This document shows positions 1 through 15,404 of a stretch of 64,000 bases of DNA, piece after piece. The DNA comes from Octopus vulgaris (lineage: Eukaryota), in assembly GCA_951406725.2 (NCBI GenBank), contig OX597822.1, forward strand, positions 113,584,001-113,648,000, in the 5' to 3' direction. Position 1 is the stretch's first letter. The number at the start of each line of letters is the position of its first letter. Position numbers and translations under genes: made by a program. The notes under the pieces are model-generated. The model was not told the DNA's origin. It saw nothing but the letters and a program-made list of their open reading frames with translations, and searched no databases.

Positions 1-281
1 AACAGAGGTTTAGTGGGGTAAGACGGTTTGACGTCTATTTTTAGCAAACAAGGGATCCATATAGTAATCTTTCATATGGTTTATGTTTAAATAAAATTCA
101 CGGTCTTCGGACGTTTTTAAATATGCTGCCAGTAGTTGAAATTGATATTATTTAATAATGTTATTTAATAATATCAATTTCTATTTTCATTATTTAGGCA
201 GGTATAGTTATAAGCCAATAATGCGACTCTTAAGATATGTAAAATTTGTAAAATATTCCTGAAGTTTAGAAGGTAACGGGT

Positions 282-327
<46 letters not shown>

Positions 328-1345
328 CCTACGAGTAATAATACAAACATATGTATATGCATACAAATCATACATAAGTCAATATATACACATCTGCATA
401 TGTAATGATATCCATGTTTTGCATTCATACATTTGGTTGTAGACGGAAACTTAAATACATAGACCTATATTTGAGGGTTAAATTCTAATGAAAAAGGTGT
501 TAGATGCTGCTCTTTCTGTATCTTTGATAATTTGAAAAATATATCCAGAATATGTATGTAGCAATGCATACATATTCATAGAGCAAGTGTCTATATATTA
601 TTAATATAATGCTTCAAATTGTGGGGGAGTGGAGTACAGTTCATTAAATCGGCCCCAGTACTTCCCTGGGGCTTGGAAACTTATATCTTTACATCCTGCA
701 TCCCATTCTCTTTCAATAAGATGATTAATCTAACATTAGTCTGATATCGAATGTCACTACTTCCTTCAGACAAAATCATTTTGCTTCACCCAAACTAATC
801 AATTTTACTTGATAGCTCCAACAGACCTTACAAGATTTTTGAATTCATGATGTCTTACATAGATGAATGATATTGTGAGATGGCGGTACTTTCTCAGCAG
901 CATTAGTAATGCAAGTGAAACAAAGTCTTGAATTACAGCTTCCAGGGAATCCTTCTCAATCATTCAAGTAAAACACGAAGAAGTAAGGAAATAGTTGAAC
1001 CGGTGCAAAATGTCTGAACAGTATTTACTGCTTCGTGTAAACTCACAAAACAACAACTGTAACCTACAGCAAATTTGTTTAATCGGATTTAGTTGGCGGT
1101 AACGGCAAAGTGGAGTTCCATTGACAGCATTTAGGAAGACCGCAATTTTGTCAGGGTTGCACTACCAATAATAAAGGCTTCTAACCTGGACCTTTAGAGG
1201 TTTGAGAGATCAATTTCTACTACTTTCTACGACTTTTAATGACGCCGAGATTTGAACTTAGAATATCAAAACAACTAATTACCGCAAAGTATATTGTCTA
1301 CCTACTCCGCCATTCATTACCTCTGCAGTTTCTAGCATTAATAAA

Positions 1346-1432
<87 letters not shown>

Positions 1433-1434
<2 letters not shown>

Positions 1435-1538
1435 GCACCCTAGGCATAACACCAACATGAACGTCCAACTTGTTGCCTCTTGAGGTCTCTGGGTGAGACT
1501 TGGAGCCAACTTGTACAAATGTAAAGCAAAAGTTAAAC

Positions 1539-1541
<3 letters not shown>
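1433..1541 (+). mobile_element. Probable 3' end fragment of an R4/Dong-like non-LTR retrotransposon in a (TAA)n tract
   Basis: ~110 bp of unique sequence flanked on both sides by (AAT)n, the same context as the clear Dong-type copy at 39629. No protein motif visible, so the assignment is inference. Confidence 0.35.
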
Positions 1542-1596
<55 letters not shown>

Positions 1597-1597
<1 letters not shown>

Positions 1598-1790
1598 GTT
1601 TCAGCAAGTTCAGGTGAGGGGTAAGTCGATTACATCGTCCCCAGTGCTCAGCTGGTACTTATTTTATCGACCCGAAATGATGAAAAGCAAAGTCGACTTC
1701 GATCGAATTTGAACTCAAGGCGTAAAGATACAAGAAACGCCGCTAAGCATTTTGTCCGGCGTGCTTACGATTCTGCAAGTTTGCCACCCT
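1597..1790 (-). mobile_element. tRNA-derived SINE family A, diverged copy
   Basis: Matches other family A copies (B-box GAGTTCAAATTC; core GACTTTGCTTTTCATC..GGGTCGATAAAATAAGTACCAG). Confidence 0.8.
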
Positions 1791-2027
1791 AATAATAGTA
1801 ATATAGAAGAGTACAAATTGTAAAAATACAACTTTTGCATTATGCTAATGTTATTCAACTTTTGTTCTTTGCTTTCGGTAGTTAAATGCTACCAGGAAAA
1901 TATCTGACATTTCATAAGCAACCGCACCAGTTGTTAGAAAAGAGCTTCAGTTAAATCGTTTCTTCTTGTCATCTCTAAAACACAAAACTTATATGACGTT
2001 GTTTCAATTATAACATGTTTAATATAT

Positions 2028-2917
<890 letters not shown>

Positions 2918-2930
2918 ATATATATATATT

Positions 2931-3034
2931 TTGGAGAAATTGACGCACATGTGTCCAACCGTCATAGCATGGTTATATATTTATATATATTCATACACGT
3001 ACATTATGTATGTACCTACACACACAATTATAGA

Positions 3035-3117
<83 letters not shown>

Positions 3118-3385
3118 GTACATACATAACGTACGTTTATGAATATATATAAATATATAACCATGTTGGACACATGTGCGTCAATTTCTCCAATTTTCCT
3201 TCTCCGTTCTATTTTTTCCATATGTATCTTATCTTTGGAAAGAAGAGTGAATGCTCGAAACATTAGAAATATTACCTCCTCTTTTTCCTAATTTACTGAA
3301 CGTCAAACTAATACCAACTTTGTCTTAATTTGTGACTCTGTATTTCTCTTCCGTGGACAATGCATACGTAAGAATAAATTAAAGT
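2931..3385 (+). mobile_element. PLE pseudo-LTR-like unit with a fold-back inverted repeat around (TG)n
   Basis: 2931-3026 is inverted relative to ~3105-3193. GAAGAGTGAATGCTCGAAACATTA (~3242-3265) resembles the motifs at 15843, 32708 and 57559. Confidence 0.5.
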
Positions 3386-3444
3386 ATATATTTGCATGTG
3401 TATACATGTGTTACATGGTGAATGCCGTAAAGGAAGCTTCTTTT

Positions 3445-4233
3445 TTTCTTCTTTACTACCCACAAGGGGCTAAATACAGAGAAGACAAACAAGGACAGAC
3501 AAACGGATTAAGAAGATTATATCGACCCCCAGTGCGTAACTGGTACTTAATTTATCGACCCCGAAAGGATGAAAGGCAAAGTCAACCTCGGCCGAATTTG
3601 AACTCAGTACGTAGCGGCTGACGAAATACCTATTTCTTTACTACCCACAAGGGGTTAAACACAGAGGGGACAAACAAGGACAGACAAACGAATTAAGTCG
3701 ATTATATCGACCCCCAGTGCGTAACTGGTACTTAATTTATCGACCCCGAAAGGATGAAAGGCAAAGTTGACCTCGGCGGAATTTGAACTCAGTACGTAGC
3801 GGCAGACGAAATACCTATTTCTTTACTACCCACAAGGGGTTAAACACAGAGGGGACAAACAAGGACAGACAAACGAATTAAGTCGATTATATCGACCCCC
3901 AGTGCGTAACTGGTACTTAATTTATCGACCCCGAAAGGATGAAAGGCAAAGTTGACCTCGGCGGAATTTGAACTCAGTACGTAGCGGCAGACGAAATACC
4001 TATTTCTTTACTACCCACAAGGGGTTAAACACAGAGGGGACAAACAAGGACAGACAAACGAATTAAGTCGATTATATCGACCCCCAGTGCGTAACTGGTA
4101 CTTAGTTAATCGACCCCGAAAGGATGAAAGGCAAAGTTGACCTCGGCGGAATTTGAACTCAGAACGTAACGGCAGACGAAATACGGCTACGCATTTCGCC
4201 CGGCGTGCTAACGATTCTGCCAGCTCGCCGCCT
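3445..4233 (-). mobile_element. SINE family A tetramer (one head plus four 185-bp units)
   Basis: CTTTACTACC recurs at 3451, 3636, 3821 and 4006 (period 185). Single tRNA-like head at ~4185-4233. TSD-like repeat at 3420-3440 / 4236-4256. Confidence 0.9.
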
Positions 4234-4774
4234 TCGAGTGCCGTAAAGCAAGATTCGAGCTTAAATACGGGTTCATTCAGCAGCTAAGTTCCTTTTACTT
4301 CCAATTTTCTTAGAAAATATTAACTATCTCCTCAAGAGAAGTCAGTATAAAGAGTGTCTCTATAAAGCTCTGTTGTAGTGTTTAAAACTTTCCTTAGTTT
4401 TAGTTAGAACTTTCTATAGTTTCTATGTTTGTGTCTAATTCTATGATTGCATAGAATTAAAGAACAGTCTAGATTTAGCAAATCTGCCATTAAAATTTTC
4501 GTAAGATTTTGTTTTATATTTAATATCCCTGTGATGCGTGGCTCTTCTGCAATGTAACGGTGTCTACTTTCAACCTAAGCAGAAAGGGGATATCTCCAAG
4601 AAGGCATTTGAATTGGTCTAAAATTAATGATGAAAGCAATCATTAAATGATGTGGAAACATGTTTTCTGCTATCTTGTCACAGAAAATGCGGCGCGATAT
4701 TAATTTCAGTAGAAGTCATTAATGTGTGTGTGCACGTGAGTATGTATACGTACATATATATTTATATATGTATA

Positions 4775-4885
<111 letters not shown>

Positions 4886-5049
4886 GAAGAAGAAGAAGAA
4901 GAAGAAGAAGAAGAAGAAGGTGTGTTTCCAGTCAACTGGAAATTTTAGGGTTCGCAAAAACTAGAATATAGGAATATTTTTTTATGTTAACATGAGAAGT
5001 ATTTGCCTTGTGGGACTGTAGCAAGTTATTACGTCACACCCAATTGAAG

Positions 5050-5750
5050 ACACATCGTCTCAGTTTTCACATTAAAACGGCAAATTTATTTATGAAGATT
5101 TCTGGAAACTGGCTAAACCCCTCTCCATCTGAATATCAAATATGCTTACCGGCATCTTTAGAAGCGTAATGAAAACAAAAACAATTAAAATTATCTTTGA
5201 ATAAAGTAAGTTCACATTGAATACATGCAGATAATCTCTGTAGGGGAAATAGGGGAAACTTTACAGATCTTTTCTGATGTAAATGTAGCGCAGGACACCT
5301 GCATTTATCAGCTAAGTTGTGTATATTCAATTACCGAATGTATGCTGTTTTCTCTTATATGTTTCCTCAACTCAACTCTTTGCAGGAAGGAGAGCCCAGC
5401 AATTTTAAAGCTTTACGAAAAGCTACGGCAGAATCTCGCACACATCCTCAAATAATTCAGCCTAACTATAACTGTTACCACGAACCGAGTTAACCATAGA
5501 CGACTTCTTAGCTGTCACCTTAGACCTCAGTACCTCGAGTACTAACCTTACAGGAAAACGCCAACCAATCCAGCTGGAATTAGAAACTGAGTCTCAGATA
5601 TCGGTAGAACAATCTTATTCAACCGGCGAGCAGGAATATCTGCAACAGGGCTGCATCCTATTATAATCAACGCGCTAGGGAGCTTTGGCTTTAATGATAG
5701 GTTAGTATATCCGGAGGACACCCCATTACTGCCCTCAAAGACTTAGAGTG
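5050..5750 (+). pseudogene. Degenerate Penelope-like reverse transcriptase fragment
   Basis: Frameshifted translation KLRQNLAHILK*FSLTITVTTN..DFLAVTLDLSTS..PYRK resembles the PLE RT motif (FLDVTL..Y.PYRKP). Confidence 0.6.
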
Positions 5751-5939
5751 AAATGTAGTCTGACTCAATCGATATTAAATTCCTGTTTGTTTTCGTTTTA
5801 TGTCGAGGCAGCCAATACCACAACTAATCTGGTGTTCAATAGTTTGAGTATTTTGACTGAGTGGCTTGGATCTCATCTTGCTGCTAATCTAATAACCTAA
5901 ATATTGGTATGAGTATTGATTATTATAGCAAAAACATTG

Positions 5940-6500
5940 TCAGCCTCTGATGTATTACACATATTGGTCTCGGGGGACCACATTGTTTTAATCCGTCGTT
6001 AATATTCACTAGTAACTAGTTTCTTGTTATAAGTATCATGAGATATATTTTCATCCGCCATTACGTACGCTGGATATTGGAAACCTAGGCATCCCACAGA
6101 AAGAAATGTTGTAAGACTTATTTGAATATTATCTTAGTTTTACACCCAAACAAGAACATTTGCTTTGTCCAAATTCGGCCTCTTGTATTTTCTAAGAATG
6201 CAATAACCAGGGCAAAGTTCTCCTTAATATAATTTTATATGTTTTTAATATGCTTTCACGCCGTAAACAAAGAAGCTACGTACCAATTTGGCGCTTCTCT
6301 CTTCCTGCAAACCATGTCATTTAGATTTCCTCAACAAATTTGATATGGAGTTCACTGCAAATATAAATAGAATCTTTCCCCTCAAAATATATCTGTGATA
6401 CTTCATCCTGTTACGTTATTTAATTGTAATACTGTTATCCACGAAGAAGAGTGCTTGTCTAAGTCTTTGATGATGTCTCCGAAACTAGCTACCTCTGATG
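5940..6500 (-). pseudogene. Highly degenerate non-LTR RT fragment, possibly R4/Dong-like
   Basis: Minus-strand peptide KLVTSEY*RRIKTMWS resembles the post-RT 'EY.RR...W/L.S.LN' region. Weak. Confidence 0.3.
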
Positions 6501-6793
6501 AGTAAAATAACCAAATGTTTTCACATAATCTAGCCCTACAAATTCCTCTCGCGCCGTCGTATCACAGTTTTGATGGTAACAAGTTTCTCAGTACACCTCT
6601 AAGTTGCTTCCTTCCCAGTTTTTACTTGGCTCTTATGACTGCCCAAAATAAGCAGCTATTCTTACATTGATATTCTCATGCTGTATACATTTTACATTTT
6701 ACGCATCAAATTCTGGCATGCCAGTACCACTGATAGTTGATAAAATATTCATTACAAAAGGTCGGTTTGCTTTTATTTTTTTATGATATATAT

Positions 6794-6934
<141 letters not shown>

Positions 6935-7516
6935 AATAGACATTCGCTCCTACATTCGAATTCTGAGGAGTTTTGATCGCAGTCATTTCGCTGTTGATTT
7001 TGTATCTTTTCGATGTAATTCAGAGGAAATACTTCTTTAGTATTTTTTCTAGTCGCATTGCATCCTGCTTAGATTTTTTCTTTCTTTTTTCGCTTCATGC
7101 CTTCCTCTATAGAAACGGATCTGCATCTCTTTCTGAAAAGGAAATTGATTTCTAATGACAAACTCCCAACACTCTTTCACCTCCCGACTGAAACTAATCC
7201 ATTCATATTCAAACATTTGCCTATTACTATCTCCATTTTTTAAAACTAAACGAATCACTATAATATTCAGGATTATTATACAAAAGCACAATAGTGAGCC
7301 TGAAAGTTACTGTTATTAAGTTGATGAAATTTCAAATAGCAGACAGATATAACCATCTTGTATCAAATCATACACACACACAGAGGCATACATACATACA
7401 TGCATACATACATACATACATACATACATACATACATACATACATACATACATACACACACACAGAGGCATACATACATACATACATATACATATAAATA
7501 TATATATACATATATT

Positions 7517-7679
7517 AGGCGCAGGAGTGGTTGTATGGTAACAAACTTGCTTCCCAACCACATGGTTCTGGGTTCAGTCCCATTGCGTGGGACCTTGGGC
7601 AAGTGTCTTCTACTATAGCCTCGGGCCGACCAAAGCCTTGTGAGTGAATTTGGTAGACGGAAACTGAAAGAAGCCCGTC

Positions 7680-7719
<40 letters not shown>

Positions 7720-7845
7720 ATCTATGTAGGTACGTGTTTGTTGTTTGTGTCTGTGTTTGTCTCCCCCACCATCGCTTGACAACCGATGTTGGTGTGTTTA
7801 TGTCCCCGTCAACTAGCGGTTCGGCAAAAAGGACCGATATAATAA
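7517..7845 (+). mobile_element. tRNA-derived SINE family B (CORE-like body), 3' truncated
   Basis: Head AGGCGCAGGAGTGG..GGTTCAGTCCC, then ACCTTGGGCAAGTGTCTT and an internal (TA)/(TG) tract. Matches 63244. Confidence 0.85.
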
Positions 7846-8837
7846 GTGTGCGTGCGTGCGTGCGTGTGTGCGCGAGTGCGTTCACGGACATGCACGTGCA
7901 TGTATATGTAAAATGTATCAGTTGATCCAGTAAACTATTATTCTGTTATTCTCTTTCATCGACGTTCTGTTTTTAGTCGGCGCCTCAGGCAGGAAAAATT
8001 AGATGGTAAAGAAGAAATTCTCGCCATGACCGAAACACAGGAATGACTGAGCTGATAAAATAGTAGAATCCTTAAAGATTCAGACAAAATTCCTTACAGC
8101 ATTTGTTCCAGCTGTCTACAATCTGTGTTGAAATCCTGCTGAGGTCCGCTTTGCCGTTCACCCTTCCGGTATTGATAAAATACCAGTCAAAAACAGAATA
8201 AGTTGAATCGATTAACCCCACCCTCCCTCAAAAACAAAATATATGAGATTTGGCTAGAAACGATAAGCAAAGCTTTATGTATTGACTCACAGTATGTGAA
8301 TGACATAGTTTATATTAAATAATTATTATATTTTGTCTCATGAAAACCATTTCATCTAAGAACAAGCGAACGATTTTCCTAAATTACTAATACTAGTAAA
8401 ATTCAGCAAAATTGATATGCATTTACTTCCTAGATTAAATACATTTAATACGACATGGTTGCTAGTTTCGGGGCGCCTAAACTATTAGCAGTTTGGCATA
8501 TAATGGGTCGCTGTTAAATTGGGCAAAGAAGTAATCAGTTCCTATAGATTTCTGTCTATGAAATGTTGGCAATGTATTTTCGTTTCTTTCGTCCATCTAC
8601 GCTCTAGTAACATTATATTTCGTTTAGCTCTGATCGAATTAGCGATTTCAAAGTTTTCTAAATAAGATTTGAAAGCAAATTTCATTTTCAAAATATTGTC
8701 GCCGAAATTAAATTCCAAAATAATTTCTTTCACTTAGTTTAATGGAAGGGCTTGGCGTGGTAAGTGCTCCAAATATTTCCGCATCTACATGTGAAATCTA
8801 CCAGAAATTAATGCAGCAACATAGCATAATATCTTCT

Positions 8838-9253
8838 ATTTCTTTATTACCCACAAGGGACTAAACATAGAGGGGATAAACAAGGACAGACAAACGGATT
8901 AAGTCGATTACATCGACCCCAGTGTGTAACTGGTACTTAATTTATCGACCCCAAAAGAATGAAAGGCAAAGTCGACCTCGGCGGAATTTGAACTGAGAAC
9001 GTAAAAGCAGATGAAATACCTATTTCCTTACTACCCACAAGGGGCTAAACACAGAGAGGACAAACAAGGATAGACAAACGGATTAAGTCGATTATATCGA
9101 CCCCAGTGCGTAACTGGTACTTAATTTTATCGACCCCGAAAGGATGAAAGACAAAGTCGACCTCGGCAGAATTTGTACGCAGAACCTAACGGCAGACGAA
9201 ATACCGCTAAGCATTTCGCCCGGCGTGCTAACATTTCTGCCAGCTCGCCGCCT
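8838..9253 (-). mobile_element. SINE family A dimer
   Basis: Two body units with one head and the same junction as the tetramers. TSD-like ATAGCATA(A/G)TAT(C/T)TTCTATTTC at 8821 and 9255. Confidence 0.9.
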
Positions 9254-10147
9254 TATAGCATAGTATTTTCTATTTCTGACTCTTGTTGTATTCAGTTTCT
9301 GATGATGATGATGATGGTGCTTATGATAATCAAGACGACAGCAATGGTACGGCTCATGATTATGGTGTAAACAATGACTGCCACAAATGATTGTTCCAAT
9401 CTTCATTTTAGATGTAATATAATTATGGGGGTGGGAGGAAATTGAAACAGTCGATCTTATTTTGTTCTTAGTCGAATCTGTTTAGTTATCTCGTACGATA
9501 CGAATTAGGACATCAGTGATAGATTCATACGGGAATAAACAGGAATATTTTAGGGTTTTCTCTTATGCACAACCATAAGCAACAAACGAAAGCCAAATGT
9601 CTTCGACATAGCATTAGACTAAAAGACAGGAAAATACTTTCCTACAGATAGCTGCACAATGATTTATTGTAATAAATAGAACGTCTTTCCGTGTTAAATA
9701 TAAATGTACTCAGGTTTATTTTCAATTATCGCTGCTTAGTGTGCTTATAATTACTTCCAGCTTGATAAAGCTTTGCATACGCCAGCAAATACATATTTTG
9801 TTGTTTGTATATACAAACGGTAGTTCTTAATGAGATATGAACGACTAAAGAAGTGTCTAAAACTGCAAGGGCATAGCCACGCAGAAACACGTCTTACAGG
9901 TAGATGATGTGTGCCTTTGCGTATATGAATAAGTTGTGAATAATTTATGCTTAAGTTTGACAAACACACAATTAGCCGACAAACACACATTTAGCCTTGT
10001 TCTATCTCCATAACAGACGATCAACTCAACTAATTCCGCCTACTAACCGACGACTCATCAGGAGTTAGTTTCATTCGTTCTAAAGAGGTTTCGATGTAGT
10101 TTATAAAATCGTATTGAAAATACAACGAGCATCGGATTCTTCTTTTA

Positions 10148-11300
10148 CAGTACCGTGCGAAGCCTTCGACTACTTTAAACTTTTTATAAATTTCTACTAA
10201 TTGCCAACTTATAAGTGAATGTTTCGCATTGCGATTTTTACAGATGAAACATTGACTCCGTTGGAGTCATTTCCATACCTACTTATTATATTTTGTAGTA
10301 GGGGTTCTGAATGAGAGTGGAAGATGTGAGACGACCACCAAAAATGGTCTTGCAAATGTTTTCGGCCACCTCACATAAATCAATCAAGATACAGTGTTTT
10401 AAAACAGAAAAATGCCTATAACGAAAATTCATTACATAATATTCATTTCAAGAAGTTACTGAACATTGTTGATATTTAGTTGGCTTCCCTTAGGTTGAAT
10501 AATTGCTTCAATGCGCCTGGGAAGGGATGCATACAAATCCTTCACCATCTTCACAGGTATGAGATGCCATTCTCTGAGGCTGAGCTCCTACAACTCTTTA
10601 AGATTGCGTGGATTCTTGTGACAAACTCTTCTCTTTAGCTCCGTCCACATTTGCTTGATGATATTTAAGTCACGTCAAACGTGGGTCGTTTCGCTTTCTA
10701 TCAAGCGAGAATTTGTCAGAAGGCCTCCGAAAAAGCGAAACAATGACGTTACTCGACAAAAACAGTGAAGCTTTGGAGGTAAAAGTTTGATGCTTTAAGG
10801 ATACATAAAAAATGATGGTTCAAGAAAGCTGGTTAAAACTGATGGTAACTTCAATAGTGCCAAATACATCCAGTTGTTGAAGGACAAATTCATAGCAGAC
10901 TTGGATGGAGGTGAGATTTTTCAGCCTGACGGAGCTCCATGCCACAGATTGCGTGCAACACAACAGAGTCTGACTGATGCAAATATTACCGTATGGAAAG
11001 ATTGATCAGCTCAGATCCATGACATAAATATCATCAAGAAAATATGGACGGAACTAAAGAGAAGAGTTTATCAAAAGAACCCACACAATCTTAAAGAATT
11101 GTGGTAGCTCAGCAACAGAGAATGGCATCTCATACCTGTGAAGATGGCAAAGGATTTGTACGCATCTCTTCCCAAGCGCATTGAAGCAGGGCCAATGTTT
11201 CATCTGTAAAAAAACGCAATGCGAAACATCCACATATATGTTGGCAATTAGTAAAAATTTACAATAGTTTAAAGTAGCCGAAGATTTTTGCACGGTGCTG
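10148..11300. mobile_element. Rearranged Tc1/mariner DNA transposon with ~110-bp TIRs and TA flanks
   Basis: TA|CAGTACCGTGC...GCACGGTGCTG|TA. Plus-strand transposase remnant ~10762-11190 (GGKSLML*G..GNFNSAKYIQLL..FQPDGAPCH..WTELKRRV). Inverted C-terminal copy at ~10480-10670. Confidence 0.85.
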
Positions 11301-11844
11301 TACATATCTGTACATTAGTTGGCGATACGTTTTAACTATTTAAAGAACTGATGCAGTAAAAAACTGCAAAAACGGTTTATTTGTATGTCCTTAACAAACG
11401 TACGCAGAGTTATCAAATCTTAAAAAACGTACACAGAGTGATCAAAGCTACATCTGCAGATCAACTCGACTACTCATTACCGTCTCATCATGAGTATTCT
11501 ACAAATGAGAAACCCTGTGTTTGCAACTACGTACGGAAATTTTTCACAGCAAAGATAAATGTATGTTTAATAAACCTACTCATTTAAACTTTTTTACTGT
11601 ATATATATCATTTATATGCCCGTATGTATGTAAGTATGCATGTATGCATGCATGGATGTATGTATTTGTGAATGTATGTATTTATGTATGCATGTATGTA
11701 TGTATTACGTACGTACGTATTTATGTACGCAGGTGCGCGTTTGATATTGATTGCATATCTAAGTAATTTAAAGCATCAAGTATATTTTTGCTGTCACAAC
11801 TTTAATTCGATACTAATCATTTTTTTAATTAGTAAACATTATGA

Positions 11845-11880
11845 ATAGGTAGATAGGTAGATAGATAGGCTAGGTAGAAG

Positions 11881-11959
<79 letters not shown>

Positions 11960-11960
11960 G

Positions 11961-12020
<60 letters not shown>

Positions 12021-12060
12021 TATAGATAGATAGATAGATGGATGGATGGATGGATGGATG

Positions 12061-12159
<99 letters not shown>

Positions 12160-12160
12160 T
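11845..12160. repeat. (AGAT)n/(GGAT)n microsatellite
   Basis: Direct observation. Confidence 0.95.
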
Positions 12161-12327
12161 CTTTATTTAGTTCATAAAGTATTTCTAGTATGTGATAATA
12201 TTATACTTAGTATCTAAATATAATATTTCCAGTATACATACATATATGTGTGTGTATGTATTCATTTATTTTATAAAGTAATTTTGATATATAATAATAT
12301 TATACTTAGTAACTAAGTATATTTCGA

Positions 12328-12395
<68 letters not shown>

Positions 12396-12994
12396 ATATA
12401 TATAAAGTGTTATACAAAAGTGAAATGATACTATGTTGATTCATAATGTATTTATTTAGAGATAATATCCTGATTTAATTCGCAGAGCATAAACTAAACT
12501 TACATTACTTGAGTTTCTCACTTAAACACCTCAGATTGCTCAGGAAACACACGGCGACTCTAAGTCTACAGCAATCTGGCAATGTATATCACCTCTATAT
12601 TCTGAAATGTGTGTGGTATAAGTGTCTTGTTTAACAGCAACAAATTACATACCTTCAGGGTGTGAACAATGGAAAAGAAAAATGTTGACATAAAGGGATC
12701 TCCATTAGTCTCCATGATGAGTATTCCAGTTCTTCAATGAACTCAACTACTCCTTCATTGAGTTATGTTGAGCAGCCCACAGACACGTGTTCCGTGTGCG
12801 ATGTTTCAAGACACAAAAAGTCGTCGCCAAAAGCTGAAGAACGAAAGTACAAATTTCTTGTAAACGCTAAATTCTAAATAGACTGTTTGCTATCGATCCT
12901 TAATCAATTAGACTTAACTTCAACGTCAACAACAATTTCTGTATAAGAAATTCCAGTATAGAGAGAAAGTATAAGCAAAACAAAATATATATAA

Positions 12995-13062
12995 GTTTCT
13001 TTATTGGCCACACAGGGCTGCACACAGATGGGACAAGTTACAAGGTAATGGCTAGGTAGATT

Positions 13063-13132
<70 letters not shown>

Positions 13133-13490
13133 GAGATAGATAGATAGTCTGACGAATCAGCAGGGGGAAAGGGTAAAGCGTCTGGGTGTGTTTGTGCGGT
13201 TGTAGATATTGTTGTGGTGCGCGGGGAGGGTGTTGCTGGGGGGTTTGTTGTGGTTATTGTCTCTCCTACATCCTTGGTGCTTGTCTTCTTCGTTGTTATT
13301 CTTGGTGTTGGAATTGGTTTATTTGTTGTTGGTGGTGATGATTCTGTTCTTGGCGCTGGTGTTGGTGTTGTTTGGTTGGGTTGGCTTGTTCTTTGTTGTT
13401 TTTCCTGCATTTCCGCATACAGCTTCTTGACTAGCTGTCCATATTGTGGTGTGGGCAATAATCCTGGCTTTTGTGATTTTTCCTGTGGCT
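12995..13490 (-). mobile_element. LINE-derived fragments in (AGAT)n: a 3' terminus (12995-13050) and a P/T-rich ORF1-like piece (13147-13490)
   Basis: The 3' end TGTCCCATCTGTGTGCAGCCCTGTGTGGCCAATAAAGAAA resembles the SINE-A tail. The peptide KKLYAEMQEKQ..PTPAPRT is low-complexity and ORF1-like (inference). Confidence 0.4.
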
Positions 13491-13541
13491 AGATAGATAG
13501 ATAGATACTTACATATAAGAGAACAAAGTGTACGTGCGTCG

Positions 13542-13596
<55 letters not shown>

Positions 13597-13603
<7 letters not shown>

Positions 13604-13808
13604 AAATACAAATTGGGACAAGAACGCAAAGCATCCGGACAACCAGTTGATACAAAAAGGGACAACAAAACATCCAGACAGACGATACAAAAAAACAAGG
13701 ACGGTTCATTCGAAGTCTTTTATCCTCAGTCAAGAACCGGATCATCCTCGCAATTTCGGCTGATTAATCTTAAGATTGCTCCAATCTGGCCAGCACCAAG
13801 GAAAAAAT
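13597..13808 (-). repeat. Short interspersed repeat between (TA)n and (AGAT)n, possibly PLE pLTR-derived
   Basis: T-rich 3' end running into (TA)n, as in the other pLTR-like units. No clear motif. Confidence 0.3.
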
Positions 13809-13809
13809 T

Positions 13810-13868
<59 letters not shown>

Positions 13869-13886
13869 GGATGGAGGGATAGATAT

Positions 13887-13951
<65 letters not shown>

Positions 13952-14361
13952 CAGGCAGGCAGGCAAACAGACAGATAGCTATAACGCACACACGCACTCT
14001 TTCTTACATACTCATACATACATTCACACACACACTCATAAACATACGTGTGTGTGCGTGTGTGTATGTGTTCGCCGTATTTCTCGTGGTGAGATCTTTT
14101 TCTTTTGTCTTCTTTTTTTTATTTTTAACTATTAATTTTTTTGCCTTTTTGAAATGGAATATTCTGTTACAAATATTATCTAGATTGAAAGACTTCATAT
14201 TACATAAATTTATTTTAAATATCATGCTTCGTCTGAGTTTTCAATTAACATTACATTTAGCGTCAAAATGCATGCTTTCAGATAATGGGGATCATTTATA
14301 CTGATTCGTTATGAGTGTGTGTGAGTGTTTGCATTTACAAATAAACTACAAAGACACACAC

Positions 14362-14414
<53 letters not shown>

Positions 14415-14415
14415 C

Positions 14416-14450
<35 letters not shown>

Positions 14451-14529
14451 AACGTATAGATATATATATGTATATATACATATGCATACATATATGTATG
14501 TATATGTATATATACATATAAATCTATAC

Positions 14530-14914
<385 letters not shown>

Positions 14915-14950
14915 CTCTCTCTATCTCTCTCTCTCTCTCTACACACACAT

Positions 14951-15011
<61 letters not shown>

Positions 15012-15293
15012 CATATATGTATACGTATATATACATATATACACATATATCTATAAATGTATATATATACATATGTATATATACACATATATATCTGGAG
15101 GAGATATCTTCCTGGGGCTACAAACTACAGTAGCATCCACCCTTATGGGTTAGCCAGATTCAAATGGCAAATATGCGTCACGATGTGTTACCGCTACTGT
15201 TTATAACTCGCTCTGAGATTTATCATTGTATATATATACATGTATGTATATATATATGTGTGTGTGTGAGTGTATACATTCATACTTACATAC

Positions 15294-15347
<54 letters not shown>

Positions 15348-15404
15348 GTATATATATGTATATAAATATATGTGTGTGCGTGTGTGTTATGCATATCTAT
15401 ATAT

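Noticed and set aside
3445-4233. CRISPR-like regular repeats
   Set aside because: Whole 185-bp units repeat with no unique spacers; the context is eukaryotic and there are no cas genes.
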